A stretch of 64,000 bases of DNA from Thecamonas trahens ATCC 50062. Taxonomy: Eukaryota; Protista; Apusomonadida. The stretch lies in contig NW_013657632.1 of assembly GCF_000142905.1 (NCBI RefSeq), positions 62,001 to 126,000 on the forward strand, in the 5' to 3' direction. Below the pieces are notes generated by a model that saw only the letters and a list, made by a program, of their open reading frames with translations, ran no database searches and was not told where the DNA came from. The translations under genes were made by a program, and so were the position numbers. This document shows, piece by piece, positions 31,661 through 42,490 of the stretch; position 1 is the stretch's first letter, and each line of letters begins with the position of its first letter.

Positions 31661-32404
31661 TCAGGCGATGAAGGGAATGCCCGACGGGACGGTCTTCCGG
31701 AACTTGATGTAGTCCTCGTGGAAGAACTCGATGAGCTGCTCCTCCTCGTCAGGAATGCGGTCTGCGAAAAAGAACCACGAGGCGACGGCAAAGCCGATGA
31801 TGCACACCGGGTTGACGAGAACAACCTGGGTGGCGATGGACCAGTAGAAGAAGCCGACGTACGATGGGTGGCGGCAGATCGAGTAAATGCCTGAGGTGAC
31901 CAAGACGTGCTCGTCGCGCTTCTCGTACGCCACCAGATGGGTGAACGAGACGCCGGCGCTCCACATGGCGTACGTCCGCAGCGCCTGGCCGGCAACAACG
32001 ACCGCAAAGCCGAGCAGAGTCACCGGCCACAGGGCCTTGAGCCATGGCGCGAGCCAGAGCTCGAGAACAAACTCCAGCCACGAGGCGCCCATGGCTGTCC
32101 AGAACGCTTTGGAGTGGTTGATGAGGAACGAGTCCACAGAGAGCGTGTCTGGGTGGAACAGCGCCGTCAGCGAGTACTCGAGGGCGTGGAAAGTGCCCAG
32201 CGCGAGCAGGTAGAGGCCGAGCGGGACGACGCCGAGCCCACCGCCAGAGAACAGGACCAGGCACGCGCCCATACCCACAAGCAGGCCCAGCGCAAACGCA
32301 TGTGCCGCCGCAAGCGCAGGCCCGCGCGGCCGGAACGCAGGATTCCCCTTGATCTGCTTCAACACCTTGCCCGCCACTCCGCCCAATCCGGCAATTGCTG
32401 CCAT
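31661..32404 (-). CDS. ICMT: Isoprenylcysteine carboxyl methyltransferase (STE14)
   Basis: FHALEY, DSFLINHS, SFTHLV...EHVLVTSGIYSICRHPSYVGFFYW, RIPDEEEQLIEFF, VPSGIPFI. Confidence 0.95.
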   Translation of the reverse strand: MAAIAGLGGVAGKVLKQIKGNPAFRPRGPALAAAHAFALGLLVGMGACLVLFSGGGLGVVPLGLYLLALGTFHALEYSLTALFHPDTLSVDSFLINHSKAFWTAMGASWLEFVLELWLAPWLKALWPVTLLGFAVVVAGQALRTYAMWSAGVSFTHLVAYEKRDEHVLVTSGIYSICRHPSYVGFFYWSIATQVVLVNPVCIIGFAVASWFFFADRIPDEEEQLIEFFHEDYIKFRKTVPSGIPFIA

Positions 32405-32510
32405 AGTGTCTCTCCCCAAATGAGTCGAGTCTTTACCACAACACTCACACACCCACCCGATACACACACCCGCCCGGCGCACACGCCCGCCCGGCGCACA
32501 CGCCCCGCCC

Positions 32511-33431
32511 TTACACCACACCTGCAAGCCAGACAAGCACGCGACTCGCCTGCTGTCGCGCCGAAAGAAGAAACGTGCCAGCATCCAGACCGGGCTCCTT
32601 CCCAGCATCGTCCAAACCGCCCTCACCAGGCCCATCCTGACGAGCCTCTTGTGCTCCGCCGTTGTCCTCGGCCAGAGCTGCCAGTTGCTCGTCACGGCAC
32701 TGCGCGAGCACGCTTTTGGCCCGATCAAGCTCGCCCAGCGCGAGCTCCAACTCGTTGGCCATCCTCGCCTCGTACGCCACCTGCTCCGGCGGCGCGCCCT
32801 CGGGATAGGAACGGATGAGCGCAAGCGTGCTCTCGCACTGGCTTGCAGCCTCGTAAACCGCTCGGATCTGGTCGTTGAAAAACTCAGAGAGCAGCGAGCG
32901 GACCGTCGCCAGCTCGCGCCCGGCCTTGGATTCGAGCCCGCCGGCACCTGCCGCTGCGCCCGCTGCCACCCCGGACGCTGCAGCCAGAGACACCATCGCC
33001 GACGGCCGCATGCCCATCGCCTCGATGTGCGCCGCAAGCGTCTTGCCGAGTTCTTCCTGCCTTGCGGCCCTGCCCTCGGCACCCATGGCGCTCTCCACTC
33101 CGGCCGCAAACGCTGTCAGCGTCCGCGCAGCCCGCAGCGGGCGGACCAGCTCAGGCACCGGCCCAGCCGTCAGTGGGCGCGCCAGACCCTCCGCATCAAT
33201 AAAGTGCGACCACATAACACTGTCTGCCGCATCTCCGCCCATGCCCTTGCCGTCCAGTCCGTCGCCAGTCGCCTTTGCTGTCCCACCGCTCGAGGCCGCA
33301 CCAGACGCGTCACGCAGCCCGCTGACGCCACCACGCCCAGCCACGCTCGGCCTACCCGCCGCCCACTGCAGGCCACTAGCCCCGCGCCTACGACCACCAC
33401 CACCACCAGCAGCAGCAGCAGCAACAGCCAT
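32511..33431 (-). CDS. Hypothetical helical/coiled-coil protein
   Basis: ORF with coding-like amphipathic helices; start uncertain. Confidence 0.5.
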   Translation of the reverse strand: MAVAAAAAGGGGGRRRGASGLQWAAGRPSVAGRGGVSGLRDASGAASSGGTAKATGDGLDGKGMGGDAADSVMWSHFIDAEGLARPLTAGPVPELVRPLRAARTLTAFAAGVESAMGAEGRAARQEELGKTLAAHIEAMGMRPSAMVSLAAASGVAAGAAAGAGGLESKAGRELATVRSLLSEFFNDQIRAVYEAASQCESTLALIRSYPEGAPPEQVAYEARMANELELALGELDRAKSVLAQCRDEQLAALAEDNGGAQEARQDGPGEGGLDDAGKEPGLDAGTFLLSARQQASRVLVWLAGVV

Positions 33432-33577
33432 ACGCCCGCTACATGCCCGCCACCATACGCCACCGACCGCTCGCAGCATCCGTCCGTCGGCTAGCCCACA
33501 AGAGCTGCGACAGAGACAGGTGACCGACCAGCCGACTCGCCACACATGCCACACGCCAGCCACCTCTCCCTCTCGCC

Positions 33578-34516
33578 ATGCCCTGGCTCTGTCCCGTGTG
33601 CGACGTGTACAACACCGCCGGCCCGCCAGCCCATTGTCTCTCCTGCGACGCTCCGCACCCGGGTGCTGCGGCCGCCGTCGCTGCTGCTGCCGAAGACAGG
33701 GCGGCGGCGGCGGCGGCGTCGGCAGCCCGCCGGCGCGATCTGCCTGGCCAGGCTCTCGGCCCGCCGTGGACGTGCCCCTGCTGCGGCGAAGACAATGCCG
33801 ATGGCTTTGTCTGTGCTGCCTGCGCCTTCAAGAAGCCCTCGCAGACCTTTGCTCCCGCTGATCCGGCCGGGGGCTCAGCCGTCGTCCTTGCTGATGCCGC
33901 ACGCCGCGGCGAGCTGCTGCCATGGATATGCGCTGTGTGCTCGGCGTACAATGTGCCTGTGGCCGGCGGCGATGGTCACGTGCTCCCGAGCGACACCGCA
34001 TGCTCCATATGCACCGCACCACGCGCGTCTGAGAGCCAGCCACTTGAGCAGCCTGGCGATGGTGAGCGCTGGATCTGTCTCACCTGCTCCTGTACCAACG
34101 CTCCCGCCGATACCGAGTGCGTGGCCTGTGGCGACGAGCGAGTGGCCGGCTCGCGCACTGAGCGCGCTCAGGCCATGGCCGCCTCCTCTTCGCTCACTGC
34201 TGCCCAGGATGCCGAGCCGTGGATTTGTGCTTCCTGTCTCCACTACAACGTTGGCGGTCGTGTTGGCTGCGAGCGCTGTGCCGCTGACCGCGTCCGCGTC
34301 CGCTCCAACGTCGATCCGGCAACCGAACTCGAGACCGAGTTTGAAGTCCGCCGCGCCCTGGCCAAGGCCAAGACCTCCCGCCGCGCCCGCCGACCTTGGT
34401 CGTGTCCAGCCTGTGGCCACGTGTCGACTGATCCTATCTGCGCCGCCTGCGGCACGCTCCGTGTCGACGGCGAGGCCCGCACCGACTCACTCCCTCCAGG
34501 CTACTGGGACACATAG
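33578..34516 (+). CDS. Protein with six RanBP2/NZF-type zinc fingers
   Basis: Six W-x-C-x2-C...C-x2-C units (WLCPVC, WTCPCC, WICAVC, WICLTC, WICASC, WSCPAC). Confidence 0.85.
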   Translation: MPWLCPVCDVYNTAGPPAHCLSCDAPHPGAAAAVAAAAEDRAAAAAASAARRRDLPGQALGPPWTCPCCGEDNADGFVCAACAFKKPSQTFAPADPAGGSAVVLADAARRGELLPWICAVCSAYNVPVAGGDGHVLPSDTACSICTAPRASESQPLEQPGDGERWICLTCSCTNAPADTECVACGDERVAGSRTERAQAMAASSSLTAAQDAEPWICASCLHYNVGGRVGCERCAADRVRVRSNVDPATELETEFEVRRALAKAKTSRRARRPWSCPACGHVSTDPICAACGTLRVDGEARTDSLPPGYWDT

Positions 34517-34525
34517 CGCCCTGAT

Positions 34526-36568
34526 TTACTGCGACGACGAGAAGAACGACTCGGAGCCGGAGCATGCGCCCGAGTCTGAGCCAAGTTGCGGAAGCATACC
34601 GGCCGGCGCAGAGTAGGCGTGCGGCGAGTTCGGCGAGAGCGGCTCGACCGGCTTCGCCTCATGGTGCATCTCCCCCGACCTCGTTTCCCTTAGCTTGCGG
34701 CTCTCCGATGAGGACCAGGAGAACGAGGAGTCGCCGGATGCCTCGTCGTCATGCATTGCCAACACCTCGCGCGCGGTCTCTGCGGCTTTTGAAGCTGCGT
34801 GCGCCATGGCGTCCTCCGAGCTGACTCGCAGGAACTCTGAGTCGACTGCAGATGCGTCGAGCTCGGGTGTGTCTGCCGCCACCGGGCTCTTGGCAGGCAC
34901 GGCTCTCCGCCGCTTACGCCGCTTGCGGACAACTGCCTTGCCGTTCAACGACGAGTCGAGCGGCGGGCCCATGTACGGCGCCTCATCGGTGGTCGCGCCC
35001 GCAGACGCTTTTCCATGGCGGCGACCTCCCGGCGGCGACGGCGACCGAAACGTCTCACGCGGCGGGCGCGCTACCGAACTCGGTGCGCTCACCGTCCGAG
35101 ACCGGCTCACAGCCCGCCGCTGCCAGTACAGTGCCGCAGACGTCAGCGGCGCCTCCTGCTGCGAGATAAAAATGATTTCGACTTCGGGCAGAAACGAAAC
35201 GTGCCGGTTGCGGAGCTTCTCCTCTTCCACACGGATCTCCGAGACACATGACAACAGTGCCTTGGCGTCGCTCGCCGACAAAAGGCGGATCGAGAGTGTT
35301 TTGATCCGCCCAAACAAATCGGCCGTCGTCACCGCAAACACCTGCGCTTCAACTTTGAACGACACAAACTGCTCGATTGCGAGTGGCGTCGCCACCACCT
35401 CGGCGTTGCTCATCTTCATCAGCGTGAACATGCCGTTCTGGATGGTGACCAGCGCCTGGGTCTCGTCAGCAGCGTCCACACACACAAACTTGGCCATCCG
35501 CCCGCGCCGCCACGGCACACTCTTGTCGCCAATCGAGCAAGTCTCCCGCGGCGACGAGCTCGCGCTTGACGCTGCGCTCGAGTTGGTCTGCACGCGAAGA
35601 GCCGGCCCGCCCGAAGTCGACTGTGCTCGCCGCTTGCGCCGCACCCGGTGCTGCGCTGCGCTCATCCGCAGCCCGCCCACGTCGATAGACGCCCGTTTCG
35701 ACTTGGCCATCCCAGCATCGGCTGACTCCGGCCGCTTACTGCCTCCGCCCTTTGTGCAGCCCTTTGCTCTGCCGTCTGTGCCTGTCTTGTGACCAGCAAG
35801 CTCAGCACCTGCCGTCTTTGCCAGCACATCGTCCAGTCCCGGAGACGGAAGTGACAACCGCCGAAGCGACGCGCTTGCGTGCGCCGCCGAGTCGGACGAC
35901 CATCCGCTGGCCTCGCCCGAATCACCGCCTTGGGCCACCACCTGCACATCCAGCCCTGCACCCATCCCGTCCGACGCATCGGGCACGTCTGCATCGTCCG
36001 CTCCCTGAAAGTCGGTCGCCACAGGCGAGGTCGTCCGTGAAACCGGCGCCGATCGCAGGGCAAGCCTGTTGCTCCTGTCGCCATCGCTACCGCGGCAACT
36101 GCCGACTGCAGGACTCCGTCTCGACGTCGACGTCGACGTCGACCGCGACCGCGACCGCGACCTTCGCCGCCGCACTCTGCGCGGCCCGGTCCGCGGCCGT
36201 CCGTCCGCTGATCCAGCCCGTGCCGCCGGAGGCGTGCCAGGCACCGAGAGCAGACCCGGCGAGCCGGTCAACGAGCCCGGTGACCCGTCGACGCTTGTCG
36301 TCACGCCTGACACCCGCACGGCAATACGCTTCGATGCCCTTGCCCGCCCACTCCCACGCTGCGACGATTTCGCAATGATGTGTGCGCTCGGTGTCACAAC
36401 CTCGGCCTTGTCACCGGTCTCTAACACTGTCTCGGTCTCAGGGCCCTCGTCGGCGATGTCGGACAGACCTCCCGGGCCGCCCTCCACCTCCTCCATGCTC
36501 ACCACCGGCAAGCTGGACGCAGACCTGTGTCGGCGATGTCGCCGCACACTCTGTACCTTCCCGTGCAT
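34526..36568 (-). CDS. Hypothetical Ser/Arg-rich protein with possible PH-like domain and RVxF-type motif
   Basis: Beta-rich segment then C-terminal helix ASDAKALLSCVSEI, followed by RHVSFLPEVEI. Confidence 0.55.
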   Translation of the reverse strand: MHGKVQSVRRHRRHRSASSLPVVSMEEVEGGPGGLSDIADEGPETETVLETGDKAEVVTPSAHIIAKSSQRGSGRARASKRIAVRVSGVTTSVDGSPGSLTGSPGLLSVPGTPPAARAGSADGRPRTGPRRVRRRRSRSRSRSTSTSTSRRSPAVGSCRGSDGDRSNRLALRSAPVSRTTSPVATDFQGADDADVPDASDGMGAGLDVQVVAQGGDSGEASGWSSDSAAHASASLRRLSLPSPGLDDVLAKTAGAELAGHKTGTDGRAKGCTKGGGSKRPESADAGMAKSKRASIDVGGLRMSAAQHRVRRKRRAQSTSGGPALRVQTNSSAASSASSSPRETCSIGDKSVPWRRGRMAKFVCVDAADETQALVTIQNGMFTLMKMSNAEVVATPLAIEQFVSFKVEAQVFAVTTADLFGRIKTLSIRLLSASDAKALLSCVSEIRVEEEKLRNRHVSFLPEVEIIFISQQEAPLTSAALYWQRRAVSRSRTVSAPSSVARPPRETFRSPSPPGGRRHGKASAGATTDEAPYMGPPLDSSLNGKAVVRKRRKRRRAVPAKSPVAADTPELDASAVDSEFLRVSSEDAMAHAASKAAETAREVLAMHDDEASGDSSFSWSSSESRKLRETRSGEMHHEAKPVEPLSPNSPHAYSAPAGMLPQLGSDSGACSGSESFFSSSQ

Positions 36569-36769
36569 GTGCGCACCGTGAGTGTGGGTTTGGGGAAAGA
36601 CGGAGAAGGTGAGGGGGGGGGGGGGGGAGGAGGAGGGAGGACGGCAGTACCCTTGCCGAGTCCTCCTGACCCATGGCAGAAGTCTGTCCGTCTGTCTGTC
36701 CCGCCCGCACCAACATAGCACCACACACAGCCGCACAAGGGTTATGCACAGCACCAGCAGCTGCACCAG

Positions 36770-36786
36770 AAGACTACACGCACACA

Positions 36787-36820
<34 letters not shown>
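36770..36820. repeat. (CA)n microsatellite
   Basis: Visible CA run. Confidence 0.85.
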
Positions 36821-36821
<1 letters not shown>

Positions 36822-37201
36822 AATCCTACCAAACACCCAACACACCCGCCTGAAACCACCCGTACCGCTGTCGACATCCCCGCCACGTCAAGTGCGCTAC
36901 CGTCGACCGAAGTGCCCTTGCCACCCAACATCACCCAAGTTTGCCCACGCACCGCCACGCCACGCCATGCCATGCCATGCCAGGCCACACCACATGCCAC
37001 ATGCCACAGCCGCAAATCGAGTGAGCGAGCCACCCAAACAAAGAGCCACAGCGAATGGCACAATAGCTCGAGAAGATAGATAGCGAGCTCACTCTGCGAC
37101 CGACTCACCACGCAGACAACCATACACACCTCACACAATCACAGACACAACTTCACCACACAACCTCACAACCACACAACCGCTGCATACTGCTCTTCGC
37201 T

Positions 37202-39424
37202 ATGGGTGGGGGCGCCGGACTTGTGCTCGGCCTTTGCATTCTCGTTCTGCTTGCTGCTCCTCCCCACTCGGCTGCCCACCCCGTCGCCTGCCCGGGACTC
37301 GTACGCGCCGCTGATCCGGCTGCCACCGAAGCATACGTGATCGCCGGCATGGGAGAGGAGGTCCTGGTGTGTCTTGAGGATGCGGTGCAGGAATGGTTTG
37401 CGTCAGAGTCGGCTGGATACCAGCTCAACCACCTCGCCACCATGTACACCATCGCGGGACACCTGCCGGCCGCCGTCCAGACCGCCACTGCTGTCCTCGG
37501 CTTTGTCGCCCCTGACCTCGCCACCATCCCCGACATCACCGCGCTTGTCGACTACGTCTATGACGGCGTCGAGCAACCGCTCGATGACGACAGTGCGCTT
37601 GGCTCGTCAGCCGCGTTGGTGGAGCCCGAGTTCCCCATCGAGCTGGCCGCAGACGCGCTCTGCATCCTCTCCGATGTCGCCTCGGCCGCTCTCCAGCACG
37701 TGCGGGCACTGCGCCTTGCGCGACGTGCACTTGCGATCAGCCCCGACTCGTATGATGCCTGCCTTCGCGTCGCGGGGCGGTCTCTGGATGCTGGCTTTCC
37801 CGAAGACACGCTGGCTCTGGTCAACGACTGTATGCCTCCGCCTACCGCCTCTCCCGCGCATGCTGCTCTCCGCCACACCGTTGCCGGCGACGCCGCACTC
37901 AAGCTGGAACGCTGGTCCGAAGCTGTTGATGCACATCTGGCTGCGCTCAGCTCCGATCCGGCCAACTCGGACCTCAAGTGGAACCTGCTTTCTGCTACGT
38001 TCAGGCTGGCATCGTCAACCGTGTCTGGCATCGCGCTCTCGTCCAACGCCATTGACCCGGATCTCGCTGCAGAGCTGAGCGCGGCAGCTCGCTTGCTGCA
38101 CGCCAATGGAGCGACGGCGACTGGCCTCGAGCTGTTGGCCATTGCGGTGCGGCTGCCGCGGTCGTCAGTCAAGGTCAAGCTCGCCGCCTACGCCGCCATG
38201 GCGTCGCTCCAGCTCGAATCGGGCGCCAACGAAGCTGCTCTCTCGAGTCTAGAGACCGGCATTTCCATTGCGCCCAAGTCACCTGTCGCACACGCTCACT
38301 TGGCGGTGGCACTGGCCGATGCCGGTGATCCTCGCGCGGCGCTCGAGGCCTTTGCCACCGCCCGGCGCCTGATCACCGCCCGCGACCAGCTCTCATTTGC
38401 GCAGTACGAGAAGCTCGGCCTTGTGGCCCACACCAGCGGTGCCTTTGAGCTCGCCGGTGCAGCATTTCGCAACGCCTCGCGCCTTGCACCGACTACGCCG
38501 CGGGCCTTTATCAACTGTGGTGTCTCGTACGCCCGCGCCGATCAGCTTCGCGCGGCGCTAGCCTGCTTCCAGCGTGCACACGCTCTCGACCGGCACGACG
38601 TCGATGTAGTGCTTGAGACAGCAAGTCTGGCTGCACGTCTCAACCGCTCGTCAGCAGCCATTCTCTACACCCGCGGCATCACTATTCTTGGCCATCGCAT
38701 CTGGCCGCTGTCGCGTGCCACCCAGGGCCACAAGCAATTCCCATCCGAGGTTATTACTTACGCCAAGCTGCGGCGGGGCCTGGCGCGATGGCACGCCGAG
38801 CGCTCTGGTGAAGAGCACCTTGCCCTCGCGTCGTACAAGCTTGCTTTTGACGTGCTGCAAGGCCGCAACTGGCCGCTGGCACTCGAGTACGGCCGCTTGC
38901 TTGCTAGAGACGACACGCTTGCGGTTGCTGAACTTCGCTTGCTGATGGCCCGTGTTCAGCCTGTCGCGCCGGTGGCAGAGTTTGCGGCGCTCAACACACT
39001 GCTGGCACTCGCGCCGCCGCCATCGCCCCTGCCGTCGCTCTCGTGGCGGTCGGCTCTAGCCAACCTACAAATCGGCTGCCAAGCCGCATGCAACGTGACG
39101 GCTGATTTCGACGAGCTGAGCGCGACGATCAAGGCAGCGCGCCGTGCAGAAGCCCACATGCAGGCACTCCTCGCCCATGCTACCGCTGCAGAGAGTGCCA
39201 AGGCCGAGATCGAGGCCTCGCTGAATGCCGAGAATGATCCCACTCGTCGTGCGTACATTCAGTCTGCCCTGCACGATGCCACCATGACCGCGCAGCAGGC
39301 GAGCGCCACCGTCGCCGCTGCTGAAGCTGCGGCATCCGCCAATGAGCGGCTTGTCGCCGACACTCTGGCAGAGCTTGCTCCCCGTGTCATCCGTAAGCTG
39401 CTGGATGCGTGGTCATCGGCGTGA
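37202..39424 (+). CDS. Signal-peptide-bearing TPR protein
   Basis: N-terminal hydrophobic leader; multiple TPR-like units (AHAHLAVALADAGDPRAALEAF, AFINCGVSYARADQLRAALACFQRA). Confidence 0.75.
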   Translation: MGGGAGLVLGLCILVLLAAPPHSAAHPVACPGLVRAADPAATEAYVIAGMGEEVLVCLEDAVQEWFASESAGYQLNHLATMYTIAGHLPAAVQTATAVLGFVAPDLATIPDITALVDYVYDGVEQPLDDDSALGSSAALVEPEFPIELAADALCILSDVASAALQHVRALRLARRALAISPDSYDACLRVAGRSLDAGFPEDTLALVNDCMPPPTASPAHAALRHTVAGDAALKLERWSEAVDAHLAALSSDPANSDLKWNLLSATFRLASSTVSGIALSSNAIDPDLAAELSAAARLLHANGATATGLELLAIAVRLPRSSVKVKLAAYAAMASLQLESGANEAALSSLETGISIAPKSPVAHAHLAVALADAGDPRAALEAFATARRLITARDQLSFAQYEKLGLVAHTSGAFELAGAAFRNASRLAPTTPRAFINCGVSYARADQLRAALACFQRAHALDRHDVDVVLETASLAARLNRSSAAILYTRGITILGHRIWPLSRATQGHKQFPSEVITYAKLRRGLARWHAERSGEEHLALASYKLAFDVLQGRNWPLALEYGRLLARDDTLAVAELRLLMARVQPVAPVAEFAALNTLLALAPPPSPLPSLSWRSALANLQIGCQAACNVTADFDELSATIKAARRAEAHMQALLAHATAAESAKAEIEASLNAENDPTRRAYIQSALHDATMTAQQASATVAAAEAAASANERLVADTLAELAPRVIRKLLDAWSSA

Positions 39425-42043
39425 CGGCTTGGTCGGCGTCCGGAGCGATGCAAGCAGCGTACGCGGGTCCAGAATAGCATCGACGATTTCGTCGTCGCCA
39501 TCGCCATCCTCGGCCGTGTTTTTGAGCATGGCCTCGATGGCTTCGTGGCGCGAGTACGAACGCTTCCGCTCGTTGTCGGCGCGGTGGCGCCTTCGCAAGT
39601 TGCTGATCGAGCGTGACATGAGGGCTTCGGCGGCGGCGTCGTGCTTGGCTTTGGCCTCGCGCCAGGTAGTCACGCCGCGCTTGAAGCGGTGGAGGAAGGA
39701 GAAGAGTGTGTCGAAAAGCGACTCGGGTGCGACGGATCGCGGATCCTCGCCCAGCGACGTCGCAAGCTCGGCAAACTCCTTCTGAATGCTCTCCAAAAGT
39801 GGCTCCAGCTTGGCAATGGCTTCACCGTGCTCGTCGACAAAGTCGAACATGATGCCCTCAAACGGCTCGCCCATGTCGCCGCGCTCCAGATGGGCCTCCA
39901 GTGCCGCAAATGAGCGGCGCAGCTGCTCCAGCTCGAGTGTCACGCGCTCGGTCGAGACGGCTGCTGCAACGTCAACGGCCTCCAGCGCCGCCGGCAGATC
40001 GAGCAATACCTCGAGATCGGGCGACGAGCCGATGACGTCGATGACATAGTCGAGCGCGTTCTCCGGGCCATCGCCACTTCGCGCGTTCTTGGCCCTTGTC
40101 CTGGCTAGCACCAGCAGCGAGTCAAGCTGGATGGACGTCTGGTTGCCGCGGAACGAGCCACGATTCATGTAGTTGGCGACCGCCAACACAAGCGCCATTA
40201 ACTTGCGGAGCCCATCTGAAGTGGTCACATCGCGAATAGCCTTGATCATGGCATCCAGATCGCCCTGAACCGACGCCAGTTGCTCGGGCAGCTCGCGCTT
40301 CAGAATAAAGGCGTCAATACGGTCGCTCAGCCGCGGAAGCGAGCTCAACTCCTTGAGAATGGCGTCGGCAGCATGGAGTTTGGTCCCGCTCTCGCTCACC
40401 GCTGACTCACGCGCCAACGCAGCCGCTTCCTCTGCCGTCGGCACCAGCTTGAGTAGCATCTTGGTTTGGTCCTCGGTCAGCCGCGTCTCGTCGAGGTTCA
40501 GAATTATGTCCTTGATCTGGCTCGCTGAGAGCTTGAGGAACTTTTGCGCAATGCACACAGCCCGCTGGCGCTTGGCCGACAGGACCGAACGGGCAGCCGG
40601 CGTAGGCGACATCGACCGACTCGAGCCAACAGAGCTAACCGATGACCGCCGGTCCAAGCTCGCTGTCGACGCACCCGAGTTGACCCGCGAGCCAAAGAGC
40701 TGGTGGATCTCGGGCAGCTTGAGATGCTGGTACATCTCGCCCACAATGTCGTCCTGACTCCAGAACGAGCGCACAAGCCGCTTTTTGGGAAGCCCCTTGA
40801 CGTCCAACGGCATGAGCTTGCCATCCAGCCCGCGTGGAACTTCGGGCAAGTCACGAATGGCTGACGGCACCACCGTCGGTACCGACTTGCCACGGGTAAG
40901 TCCAGGCGGCGGCGGCGGTGGCGGTCCACTGCCGGGCGGTGGCGGAGCCGGCGGCGGAGCCGGCGACGGAATAAGAATCGACGGCGATGATGCCGCCAGC
41001 GATGGGCCCTGCAAATCGCCGACAAGAAGTCGAACCGAGTCGTCGTCGCCATCGACTTCGGAGCCGCCACGCAACTCCTCTGGGACGGCAGTCTCTGCCG
41101 CGGCGCGCTGCTTCTTAAACTTGGCAAACGCTGCCTGGGCAGCCACCAGCTCATCGCGGCTGGCGGCCAGCTCCTGAGCAAGCTTGGAGCACTTTGAACA
41201 CTCGCCGTCGGGCCCGCTTCCGGCGCCACTGATGAGGGCGGTGACATGGTCAATGAGCGTAGGCGTGTCGTCGACGTTATACGGCTCGAGATTAAAATGC
41301 GTACAGAGGACGGTGCGGATCTCGACAAGCTTGAGGTCCTTCATCATCCGGATTTTGGTCCGGTACCGCTCGAGCTTAGCGGCGAGCTGTTCGCTGAGCT
41401 CGCGGAGGCGATCAGTCTCGTCTTTGGCGGCTGCAAGCGCCTCCTGGGTTGCGGCCAGCTCCGCAGCGACTGCGGACGGACCGGCCGCCTGCGTGCTCGA
41501 CGACGACGCGTCTTGCTCCCACATCAGTTCACGAAGACGCGACTTGAGCAGCTGATTGACCTGGACCTTCTTCCGCAGCTTGTTCTCCAGCGCCTCGACC
41601 CTGGCATCGTTACCCGACTTGAGCTCCTTAACCTCCAGCTTATACTCGTGTAGCACAGCCTTGGTGTTGCTCAGCTTGGCCTTGAGCTTGGTGATGACGA
41701 CTCGCGCCCGCTCGATGTCCAAGCCCTCGAGGGCACGATCGACTGCGAGAGCGTAGGCATCGTCCGGCTCTGGCGGCGCGGTCACCTGCTCATGCTGCGG
41801 CACATCGATGGCGGTCAGGTGCTTGGGCTTTGTGAACAGGCCATGATCCGGAGCGCACACAAAATACACAGTGCCGTCGACCGAGCCATTGTTCTTCCCG
41901 TCAGGCGTCTCCAGCTCCACCCCGATGACGGGGCGAGCATCGGTGAAGGGCCGGTCGTCGCCGACGTACCGCACCACGCCACGCAATAGACCCTTGTACA
42001 GCACAGCCTGGCCCACAGCCACCCCAGACTCTGCCACAGCCAT
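39413..42043 (-). CDS. Formin with N-terminal CAP-Gly domain, coiled coil, FH1 and FH2
   Basis: GVVRYVG...IGVELETPDGKNNGSVDGTVYFVCAPDHGLF; poly-Pro FH1; FH2 motifs VLSAKRQRAVCI, LVPTAEE, ANYMN, FLHRF. Confidence 0.9.
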   Translation of the reverse strand: MAVAESGVAVGQAVLYKGLLRGVVRYVGDDRPFTDARPVIGVELETPDGKNNGSVDGTVYFVCAPDHGLFTKPKHLTAIDVPQHEQVTAPPEPDDAYALAVDRALEGLDIERARVVITKLKAKLSNTKAVLHEYKLEVKELKSGNDARVEALENKLRKKVQVNQLLKSRLRELMWEQDASSSSTQAAGPSAVAAELAATQEALAAAKDETDRLRELSEQLAAKLERYRTKIRMMKDLKLVEIRTVLCTHFNLEPYNVDDTPTLIDHVTALISGAGSGPDGECSKCSKLAQELAASRDELVAAQAAFAKFKKQRAAAETAVPEELRGGSEVDGDDDSVRLLVGDLQGPSLAASSPSILIPSPAPPPAPPPPGSGPPPPPPPGLTRGKSVPTVVPSAIRDLPEVPRGLDGKLMPLDVKGLPKKRLVRSFWSQDDIVGEMYQHLKLPEIHQLFGSRVNSGASTASLDRRSSVSSVGSSRSMSPTPAARSVLSAKRQRAVCIAQKFLKLSASQIKDIILNLDETRLTEDQTKMLLKLVPTAEEAAALARESAVSESGTKLHAADAILKELSSLPRLSDRIDAFILKRELPEQLASVQGDLDAMIKAIRDVTTSDGLRKLMALVLAVANYMNRGSFRGNQTSIQLDSLLVLARTRAKNARSGDGPENALDYVIDVIGSSPDLEVLLDLPAALEAVDVAAAVSTERVTLELEQLRRSFAALEAHLERGDMGEPFEGIMFDFVDEHGEAIAKLEPLLESIQKEFAELATSLGEDPRSVAPESLFDTLFSFLHRFKRGVTTWREAKAKHDAAAEALMSRSISNLRRRHRADNERKRSYSRHEAIEAMLKNTAEDGDGDDEIVDAILDPRTLLASLRTPTKPSRR

Positions 42044-42137
42044 GGAAGGGTAGTGAGATTGGGATTGGGGTAGTGGGGTAGTGGGGTAGTGGGGGCGGGG
42101 GGGGGGGGGGGAGGGAGTAGGTAGGAACGGTACGGAA

Positions 42138-42237
42138 NNNNNNNNNNNNNNNNNNNNNNNNNNNNNNNNNNNNNNNNNNNNNNNNNNNNNNNNNNNNNNN
42201 NNNNNNNNNNNNNNNNNNNNNNNNNNNNNNNNNNNNN
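42138..42237. other. Assembly gap (N run)
   Basis: 100 N. Confidence 0.99.
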
Positions 42238-42490
42238 GTATATAGCAGCGAGCCTATATATCCATAGCTATCTACATATATCCGTATATCTACATAGATA
42301 TATATATATCTACCGCAGATACGTAGATAGATATTTATATATAGCTTTATTTCGCTATACATATACCCACATACACACATAGAGATATATAGACACATGC
42401 ATACAGACATACATATACACATATATAGAAACATAGATAAAGATACAGACATATACATATATACATATACATATATAGAGAGAGACATAG
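42238..42490. repeat. AT-rich degenerate (TA/CATA/GATA)n low-complexity tract beside the gap
   Basis: Visible composition. Confidence 0.85.

Noticed and set aside
42238-42490. Second AT-rich region as a functional element
   Set aside because: Simple degenerate dinucleotide repeats directly beside an assembly gap; may be low-quality sequence
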